Assembly (NCBI RefSeq): GCF_014490555.1
Contig: NZ_CP061032.1
Location: 2,132,448-2,164,447, forward strand
Direction of reading: 5' to 3'
Length of the DNA stretch: 32,000 nucleotides
From: Corynebacterium lujinxingii
GTDB taxonomy: Bacteria; Actinomycetota; Actinomycetes; Mycobacteriales; Mycobacteriaceae
Shown: one piece after another, positions 25,624 to 32,000 of the stretch
How the letters are laid out: each line of letters opens with the position of its first letter
How positions within the stretch are numbered: the first letter of the stretch is position 1
Notes under the pieces: model-generated
The model's database searches: none
Seen by the model: the letters and a program-made list of their open reading frames with translations, nothing else
What the model was told of the DNA's origin: nothing
Translations under genes and position numbers: made by a program

Positions 25624-26297
25624 TGGACCTGCAAGCGCAGACCCACCCGTACAACCCCGGCGCGCCCGCAGGCCCCGAGAGCTACCTGCTGGTGTGGGAC
25701 GCCCCGAACCTGGATATGGGCCTCGGCGCGATCCTGGGCGGCCGGCCGACTGCGGCACACCGCCCGCGTTTCGACGCCATCGGCCGCTGGCTCATCGACC
25801 TAGCCGACGAGCGCACCGCCGAGCTGGGCCACGCGGTCGAGCCGGAGGCGACCGTGTTCACCAACGTCTCCGCCGCCGGCGCCGACGCGATCCGCCCGTG
25901 GGTGGAGGCGCTGCGCAACGTCGGTTTCGCGGTGTTCGCTAAGCCGAAAACCGACGAGGATTCCGACGTCGACGGCGACATGCTCACCCACATCGAGCGC
26001 CGCCGCAGCGAAGGTGTGCTCCAGGGTGTGGTCGTCGCGTCCGCCGACGGGCAGAACTTTCAGGAGCCGCTGCTTTCGCTTGTCGACGACGGCATCCCCG
26101 TCACCGTCCTCGGCTTCCACGAACACGCGTCCTGGGCGGTGAACTCGCCGGATGTGACCTTCGTCGACCTGGAGGACATCCCGGGCGTGTTCCAGAACCC
26201 GCTGCCGCGCGTGAACCTGGATGCGCTGCCGGAAGGCGGCGCGTGGCTGCAGCCGTTCCGTCCGCTGAAGTCGCTGCTGCGCAACACCCGGGACTAG
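25623..26297 (+). CDS. NYN-domain protein (Rv0207c-like, predicted RNase fold, function unknown)
   Basis: Start ATG 25623 overlaps the trmB stop (TAATG). LLVWDAPNLDMGLG and VVVASADGQNFQEPLLSLVDDGIPVTVLGF fit the NYN/LabA-like pattern. Confidence 0.7.
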   Translation: MDLQAQTHPYNPGAPAGPESYLLVWDAPNLDMGLGAILGGRPTAAHRPRFDAIGRWLIDLADERTAELGHAVEPEATVFTNVSAAGADAIRPWVEALRNVGFAVFAKPKTDEDSDVDGDMLTHIERRRSEGVLQGVVVASADGQNFQEPLLSLVDDGIPVTVLGFHEHASWAVNSPDVTFVDLEDIPGVFQNPLPRVNLDALPEGGAWLQPFRPLKSLLRNTRD

Positions 26298-26306
26298 GAG
26301 GCCGAC

Positions 26307-28601
26307 GTGTTTTACAAGTGGGGCCGCTTCGCCCACCGCCACCGCAGGGTGATCCCGGTCATCGTCGTCGCGCTGATTGTGCTCATGCAGGTGCTGTTCG
26401 GCTCGAAGCTCGCCGACAGGTTGTCGCAGGAGGGCTGGGAGGACCCGGGCGCGGATTCCACCACCGCCGCGCAGATCGAATACGACACGTTCGGCCGCGA
26501 CAACTCCGGCGACGTGATCCTGCTGGTGACGGCGCCGGACGGGGTGGACAGGCCTGAGGTCGTCGACAAGATGAACCAGCAGATAAGCGGCCTGCGCGAC
26601 CAGTTCCCGAACGAGATCGCGCACGTGACCAGCTACTTCGAACGCGCAACCCCGCAACTGGTCAACGACGAGCACACCAAGGCGTTTGCCGCCATCGGGC
26701 TCAAAGGCGACGGCGAGCAGACGCTGAAGGACTTCCGCACCATCCAGCCGGCCCTCGAGGCGATGGAGGTGCCGGGTGGCACGGTGCAGGTCGCCGGCGC
26801 CACGGCGGTGGCGGATGCGCTAGACACGGGCATGGCGAACGATATCGCCCGCGCGGAGAAGATCGGCCTCGTCTTCGTCGCCATCATTTTGCTGTTCGTC
26901 TTCGGCGGCGTGGTGGCCGCTGCAATGCCGTTGATCGTGGGCATCTTGTCCATCATCGGCTCGCTGTCGCTGCTCGCGATTTTGGCGCAGTTCCAGCAGG
27001 TCAACATCTTCTCCCAGTCGATCATTACGCTGCTCGGCCTGGGTCTTGCGATCGACTACGGCCTGTTCATGGTCTCCCGCTTCCGCGAGGAACTCGACCG
27101 CGGGTTGGACACCGAGGAGGCCGTCGCGGTGACCACGAACACCGCCGGCAAGACGGTGTTCTTCTCCGCGCTCATGGTCGGCGTCGCACTGTCCGGCCTG
27201 CTCATGTTCCCGCAGGCGTTCCTCAAATCGGTGGCCTACGGCGCGATGAGCGCGGTCGTGCTCGCCGCCGTGATTTCGGTGGCGGTGCTGCCGGCGCTGT
27301 TCGGCATGCTCGGCCCCAAGATTGACTTCCTGTCCGTGCGTCGTCGCAAAGAGCGCCGCATCGAAGAGACAATTTGGTTCAAGATCCCGAACTGGGCGAT
27401 GCGCCACGCGAAACCGGTCGTCGTCGGTGTGGCGGCGCTACTGATCGCGCTGACGGTGCCCATCGTCGGCATCGCCTTCGGCGGCATCAACGAGACCTAC
27501 CTGCCGCCGAACCAGGTCACCCGCCAGGCGCAGGACGAGTTCAACGAGGAATTCCCTGCCTTCCGCACGGATCCGGTGAAACTCGTGGTCAAAGGCGCCG
27601 ACAACGCGCAGCTGGGCCAGATCGTTATGCAGACCCGCGCCATCGACGGCTTCACCCGGCCGCTGAAGCCCGACTACCCCACCGAGGGCGACGTCACCGT
27701 GCTGTCGGCGCCGCTTGCGGATCGCGACGGGGGCGCGGACGTCGTTAAGCAACTGCGCAGCATTGAGTCGCCGGAGGGCGTGACCACGTACGTCGGCGGC
27801 ACGCCCGCAATGGAGGTCGAATCCATCGAGGCGCTGCTCAACCGCCTACCGTGGATGGCCGTGTACATGGTGCTCGCAACGTTTTTGCTCATGGCGCTCG
27901 TGTTCGGCTCGCTCATCCTGCCGGCGAAGGCCGTGATCATGAACGTCCTCGGCATCGGCGCGACGCTTGGCTTCCTCACCGCGGTGTTCGTCGACGGCCT
28001 CGGCGCCGGCGCGCTCAACTTCACGCCGGGCCCGCTGATGAGCCCGATCCTCGTGCTCATTGTCGCCATCCTCTACGGCCTGTCCACCGACTACGAGGTG
28101 TTCCTCCTGTCGCGCATGGTGGAGGAACGCCAGGACGGCGCGCGTACCGACGACGCCATCCGCCGCGGCACCGCCCACACCGGCGGCATCATCACGGCGG
28201 CGGCCGCCATCATGATCGTCGTCGCCGCCGCGTTCGCCCTGTCGGACATCGTGATGATGAAATACATCGCCTACGGCATGATCTTCTCGCTCGCCCTCGA
28301 CGCGACGATCATCCGCCTCCTGTTCGTCCCCGGCGTGATGCACCTGTTGCGCGAGGACAACTGGTGGGCGCCGCGCTGGGTCAAACGCGCCACCCGATCC
28401 CTCGGCGAGGGCTCTGGCGTATCGACGACCCCACGCCCCGGCGAGACTCCCATCGAGCACATGGTCGTGGATACCCGCCCGGGCCGCGCCGGTGTCACCG
28501 TGGAGGAGAACGCCTCGCTCGTGCCGTTCGCGGACCTCATGCGCGATCTGGACCAGCGCCGGGCCTTAGAGCAGCTGAAGAAGAAGGAACTTGAACGCTA
28601 G
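26307..28601 (+). CDS. MMPL family RND-type transporter (MmpL3/CmpL1-like, mycolate-lipid export)
   Basis: 764 aa, GTG start with AGGAGG upstream. Two 6-TM bundles with periplasmic loops and a C-terminal hydrophilic tail. Position relative to trmB, the NYN gene and the Rv0205-like gene matches mmpL3 of Mtb and cmpL1 of C. glutamicum. Confidence 0.9.
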   Translation: MFYKWGRFAHRHRRVIPVIVVALIVLMQVLFGSKLADRLSQEGWEDPGADSTTAAQIEYDTFGRDNSGDVILLVTAPDGVDRPEVVDKMNQQISGLRDQFPNEIAHVTSYFERATPQLVNDEHTKAFAAIGLKGDGEQTLKDFRTIQPALEAMEVPGGTVQVAGATAVADALDTGMANDIARAEKIGLVFVAIILLFVFGGVVAAAMPLIVGILSIIGSLSLLAILAQFQQVNIFSQSIITLLGLGLAIDYGLFMVSRFREELDRGLDTEEAVAVTTNTAGKTVFFSALMVGVALSGLLMFPQAFLKSVAYGAMSAVVLAAVISVAVLPALFGMLGPKIDFLSVRRRKERRIEETIWFKIPNWAMRHAKPVVVGVAALLIALTVPIVGIAFGGINETYLPPNQVTRQAQDEFNEEFPAFRTDPVKLVVKGADNAQLGQIVMQTRAIDGFTRPLKPDYPTEGDVTVLSAPLADRDGGADVVKQLRSIESPEGVTTYVGGTPAMEVESIEALLNRLPWMAVYMVLATFLLMALVFGSLILPAKAVIMNVLGIGATLGFLTAVFVDGLGAGALNFTPGPLMSPILVLIVAILYGLSTDYEVFLLSRMVEERQDGARTDDAIRRGTAHTGGIITAAAAIMIVVAAAFALSDIVMMKYIAYGMIFSLALDATIIRLLFVPGVMHLLREDNWWAPRWVKRATRSLGEGSGVSTTPRPGETPIEHMVVDTRPGRAGVTVEENASLVPFADLMRDLDQRRALEQLKKKELER

Positions 28602-29577
28602 GACCTGGCTGCGCTGGCTCGCCCCGGTCGTCCTGGCCGTGGTGGTGCTGGTCGTCCTGCGCGACCAGATGCCCTTTTTCGGCGAGGCGTGGCGGGCGGT
28701 GCACGACGCCGCTCCCCTGCCGCTCGCCGGCGCGGTGGCCACAGCACTTCTTGCTCTGGTGGCGATGGCGGGCGTGATGCAGATCCTGCTTAACGTCGAA
28801 GGCCGCATCGCTGGACCGTTGGGCACCAACGCGATCGTCATCGCCTCCAACGCCTGGTCCACCACCGTGCCGGGCGGTCCAGCGCTGTCGGCGTGGCTGA
28901 CATTTCGCGTGCACCGATCCTGGGGCGCGTCGACGGGCCTGTGCGGGTGGTTTTTTGTCGTTTCCGGCGCGCTGTCCACGGTGTGGCTGGTGCTCATCGG
29001 CATCGTCGCCGTGGTGCTGCTCGGCGCGGACCTGTCGGTGGCGTCGCTGCTTGCCTCCCTGGCCGCGGCCGCGCTGACCATCGCGGCCGTGTTCTGGGCG
29101 ACGACGCACCCCGCCGTGCTCAAACGCTGGGTGCGGTTTCTACCCTCGCGCGTGCACGAGCGCGCCGTGGCGGTGATCGACCAAGTTGCCGCCATCCGCA
29201 TCTCCGCGCCCGCGTTTACCAGCGCCGCAGCACTCTCGCTTGTCAACCGGCTGCTCGACTTGGCCACCATGGTGTTTTCCGTGTGGGCCGTGGCCGGCCA
29301 GGGCGTGACGCTTGCCGGGGTGTGCCTGGCGTTCATCATGACCAAGCTGGCCGGCTCCGCCCAGGTCACCCCCGGCGGGCTGGGGACCGTGGAGCCGGTG
29401 GCGGTGGGCATGCTCGTCGCCGCGGGGTTGCCGCTCGCAACCGCCACCGCGGCGACGGTGGTCTACCGCGCGGTGTCGTTTGTGCTCATCACCGCGATCG
29501 GGTGGGGGGTCTACGCCGCGGTGTACGCCGGGCGCGGCTTCATGGCCGGGCGCCCGGCCGCTGGCAAAGCCGTTTGA
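28591..29577 (+). CDS. Lysylphosphatidylglycerol-synthase-TM-region-like (YbhN/Rv0205-like) integral membrane protein
   Basis: 328 aa, polytopic. TTG start with GAAGGAA upstream. Overlaps the MMPL gene end by 11 nt. Confidence 0.65.
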   Translation: MNARTWLRWLAPVVLAVVVLVVLRDQMPFFGEAWRAVHDAAPLPLAGAVATALLALVAMAGVMQILLNVEGRIAGPLGTNAIVIASNAWSTTVPGGPALSAWLTFRVHRSWGASTGLCGWFFVVSGALSTVWLVLIGIVAVVLLGADLSVASLLASLAAAALTIAAVFWATTHPAVLKRWVRFLPSRVHERAVAVIDQVAAIRISAPAFTSAAALSLVNRLLDLATMVFSVWAVAGQGVTLAGVCLAFIMTKLAGSAQVTPGGLGTVEPVAVGMLVAAGLPLATATAATVVYRAVSFVLITAIGWGVYAAVYAGRGFMAGRPAAGKAV

Positions 29578-29596
29578 GCTTGCGTGACGTTTTATC

Positions 29597-29627
29597 TTGC
29601 GCGCGGCGCGCAATTTGGGCCTATAGT
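29597..29627 (+). promoter_or_regulatory. 17-nt perfect GC palindrome plus a TATAGT -10 box upstream of the FAD-oxidoreductase gene
   Basis: TTGCGCGC-G-GCGCGCAA at 29597..29613. TATAGT at 29622..29627 lies 8 nt before ATG 29636, with no Shine-Dalgarno (leaderless-type geometry). Confidence 0.45.
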
Positions 29628-29635
29628 GGCGCTAC

Positions 29636-31087
29636 ATGAGCGTTTCCAGGATGTTTTACGGACGCAGCGTGGATTTTGAACGTGTCGCGCCCATCGGCTG
29701 GCACGCGCACGAGGAGGGGGTTGCCGCACTCCTGGATAGCTTCCGGCGAGTGCCAGACGGCCAGCGGGTGCGCCTGGCGAAGAAAACGTCGAACCTTTTC
29801 CGCGCCCGCGACGCGGGAAGCGCCGGGCTCAACGTGGAGGGCCTGCGCGGCGTCATCGCCATCGACCCAGTGACGAAAACCGCCGACGTGCAGGGCATGT
29901 GCACCTACGAAGACCTAGTCGACGCGACCCTGCCGTACGGCCTCGTGCCACTCGTAGTGCCGCAGCTGAAAACCATCACGCTCGGGGGCGCCGTCTCCGG
30001 CATGGGTGTGGAGTCCACCTCCTTCCGCAACGGCCTGCCGCACGAATCCGTGCTCGAGATGGACGTGCTGGTGGGCACCGGCGACGTCGTCACCTGCTCG
30101 CGCGAGGACAACGTTGCACTTTTCCGCGCGTTCCCGAACTCGTACGGCTCACTCGGCTACGCGGTGCGCCTCACCATCGAGCTCGAGGAGGTCAAGCCAT
30201 TCATCGAACTCCAGCACGTGCGTTACGACGACCTCACGGCTTTCCAGGACGCCCTGGCCGATGCCGCCGCCACCGGCGAGTGGGGCGGACGCACCCTGCA
30301 CGGCCTCGACGCCGTCGCGTTCTCCCCCACCGAGCAGTACCTCGTCTGCGCCTTCCAGGCGGACGAGGCGCCGGGAACCTCCGACTACACGCGCGACGCC
30401 GTGTACTACCGCTCACTGCAGCACCCGTCGGGCGTGCACCACGACTTCCTCACTATCCGCGATTACATCTGGCGCTGGGACACCGACTGGTTCTGGTGCT
30501 CCCGCGCCTTCGGCACCCAGAATCCCAAGGTGCGCAAGTTCTGGCCACGCGAGCTGCGTCGCAGCGCGTTCTACTGGAAGCTCGTGGGCCTAGACAAGAA
30601 GTACGACCTGGAGTACCGGTTCCTGAAGAAGCCGAAGGGCCTGCCGCGCACCGAGCGCGTCGTGCAGGACATCGAGGTGCGCGACACGCAGGTCGCCGAG
30701 TTCCTCGACTGGTTCTTCAAGGCCAGCGAAATCCAGCCGGTTTGGCTGTGTCCGATCCGGCTGCGGGACGGCGTCGATACGCTCGCTGGCGTCGGACTCG
30801 ACGATGAGACGCCGTGGCCGCTCTACCCCCTCGAGCCGGCGACGACGTGGGTGAACGTCGGTTTCTGGTCCGGCGTCCCGGAGGTGGAGCCGGGGGCCTT
30901 CAACAAGGTCATCGAGCGGAAGGTCTCAGACCTCGGCGGGCACAAATCCCTGTACTCCGAGGCGTTCTACGACCGCACCGAGTTCGAGCGCCTCTACGGC
31001 GGGGACCTTCCGGAGCGGATGAAAGCCCAGTACGACCCGGACCGGCGCTTCCCGGGCCTCTACGAAAAGACAGTGGAAAACGCGTAG
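29636..31087 (+). CDS. FAD-binding oxidoreductase (PCMH-type), BfaA/TmsA-like 10-methylene-fatty-acyl reductase candidate
   Basis: 483 aa. FAD_binding_4-like segment ITLGGAVSGMGVESTSFRNGL. Immediately followed by a CFA-synthase-family methyltransferase gene. Confidence 0.75.
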   Translation: MSVSRMFYGRSVDFERVAPIGWHAHEEGVAALLDSFRRVPDGQRVRLAKKTSNLFRARDAGSAGLNVEGLRGVIAIDPVTKTADVQGMCTYEDLVDATLPYGLVPLVVPQLKTITLGGAVSGMGVESTSFRNGLPHESVLEMDVLVGTGDVVTCSREDNVALFRAFPNSYGSLGYAVRLTIELEEVKPFIELQHVRYDDLTAFQDALADAAATGEWGGRTLHGLDAVAFSPTEQYLVCAFQADEAPGTSDYTRDAVYYRSLQHPSGVHHDFLTIRDYIWRWDTDWFWCSRAFGTQNPKVRKFWPRELRRSAFYWKLVGLDKKYDLEYRFLKKPKGLPRTERVVQDIEVRDTQVAEFLDWFFKASEIQPVWLCPIRLRDGVDTLAGVGLDDETPWPLYPLEPATTWVNVGFWSGVPEVEPGAFNKVIERKVSDLGGHKSLYSEAFYDRTEFERLYGGDLPERMKAQYDPDRRFPGLYEKTVENA

Positions 31088-31097
31088 GAGAATGACT

Positions 31098-32000
31098 ATG
31101 CAGATGACCGTGGCGGATATCGTCGACACCCTCTTCCCCGCTGGCACCCCGTTCAAGTGGGAAGCCTTCGACGGCTCATCAACGGGACCGGCGGACGCCA
31201 AGCACACCGTGAAGGTAAACAGCCCCGAGGGCCTGTCCTACATTGTCACCCACCCCGGCGACGTCGGCCTCGCCCGCGCCTGGGTCACCGACGGCCTGGC
31301 GGTTGAAGGCGCGCACCTCGCGCACCCCTACGACGTCTTCGATGACATGCGCACCCTCTACAACAACTACAAGCGGCCCAACCCGCGCGAGCTTGTTCGC
31401 ATCGCACGCTCCCTGCGCTCCATGGGCGCACTGCAGATCCAGCCAATCCCGGAGGCGGAGCAGGCCTCCTGGCTCGAGCGCACCATCCGCCAGGGCCTCG
31501 CCCCGCACTCGAAGGAACGCGACGCTCAGGTTATTTCGTCCCACTATGACGTGGGCAACGACTTCTACGAGCTGTTCCTCGGCGACTCCATGGCCTACAC
31601 CTGCGCCTACTACCCCACCCCGGACGCCACGCTCGACGAGGCGCAGGAAAACAAGTTCCGCCTCGTCTTTGAGAAGATGAACCTTAAGCCGGGTGACAAG
31701 CACCTCGACGTCGGCTGTGGCTGGGGCTCCATGGTGCGTTACGCAGCCCGCCAGGGCGTGAAGTCGCTCGGCGTCACCCTCTCGAAGGAGCAGGCCGAGT
31801 GGGCGCAGGCGAAGATCATAGAGGAGGGCCTCGAGGACCTCGCGGAGGTGCGCTTCCTGGATTACCGCGACGTCACCGAGACCGGCTTCGACGGCATCTC
31901 TTCGATCGGTCTGCTGGAACACATCGGGGTGAAGAATTTCGCCTCGTACTTTGAGTTCCTCGCCGGCAAGCTGCGCCCGGGTGGCGTGATGGTCAACCAC
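31098..32000 (+). CDS. Cyclopropane-fatty-acyl-phospholipid synthase family SAM methyltransferase (BfaB/TmsB-like); partial, runs off the right edge
   Basis: Absent from the ORF track (no in-window stop). My manual translation of the frame from ATG 31092/31098/31104 (AGGAG at 31086..31090) stays open to 32000. It gives ...SSHYDVGNDFYELFLGDSMAYTCAYY...HLDVGCGWGSMVRYAARQG...GISSIGLLEHIG, hallmark CMAS-family motifs. Confidence 0.88.
   Translation, partial: MQMTVADIVDTLFPAGTPFKWEAFDGSSTGPADAKHTVKVNSPEGLSYIVTHPGDVGLARAWVTDGLAVEGAHLAHPYDVFDDMRTLYNNYKRPNPRELVRIARSLRSMGALQIQPIPEAEQASWLERTIRQGLAPHSKERDAQVISSHYDVGNDFYELFLGDSMAYTCAYYPTPDATLDEAQENKFRLVFEKMNLKPGDKHLDVGCGWGSMVRYAARQGVKSLGVTLSKEQAEWAQAKIIEEGLEDLAEVRFLDYRDVTETGFDGISSIGLLEHIGVKNFASYFEFLAGKLRPGGVMVNH

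Noticed and set aside
25800-26675. 291-aa minus-strand ORF across the NYN/MMPL junction.
   Set aside because: It is an antisense shadow. Both plus-strand genes have good starts and family features.
31179-32000. 273-aa minus-strand ORF at the right edge (the only ORF the track lists there).
   Set aside because: The opposite strand encodes a textbook CFA-synthase-family sequence. That gene is unlisted only because it has no in-window stop, so the minus-strand ORF is its shadow.

Overview
High-GC (about 65% by eye) actinobacterial chromosome. Gene content and order are typical of Corynebacterium/Corynebacteriales. The window is a cell-envelope biogenesis neighbourhood syntenic, from memory, with M. 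tuberculosis Rv0205-Rv0211, Rv0224c-Rv0228, Rv0236c-Rv0237 and Rv0321-Rv0322. Core genes: udgA, dcd, tRNA-Gly(CCC), a VanW-family protein, a GH3 lipoprotein (LpqI/NagZ-like), DUF2613 plus an AftD-like arabinofuranosyltransferase, an acyltransferase-3, a DUF3068-like protein, a polytopic GT-C-like membrane protein, a GT4 glycosyltransferase, a SAM methyltransferase, pckG, trmB, an NYN-domain protein, an MmpL3/CmpL1-like transporter, an Rv0205-like membrane protein, and an FAD-oxidoreductase plus CFA-synthase-like pair (10-methyl fatty acid / tuberculostearate type). Two real genes are absent from the supplied ORF track because they run off the window: a >=1484-codon secreted repeat protein (1..4453, minus strand) and the CFA-synthase-like gene (31098..32000, plus strand). 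Accessory material is inserted at several points: low-GC Fic and RhuM genes bracketing dcd-tRNA-Gly; an orphan 111-aa gene with its own promoter and palindrome; a three-helix-bundle plus DIP1984-family pair; and a VapBC-type module (Phd/YefM-type antitoxin plus PIN toxin) whose toxin stop overlaps the GT4 start. I see no CRISPR array, rRNA, transposase or integrase. I cannot demonstrate a clearly novel multi-gene system from sequence alone; the findings list the best follow-up candidates. Most long Arg/Gly/Ala-rich ORFs in the track are antisense or off-frame shadows of real high-GC genes.
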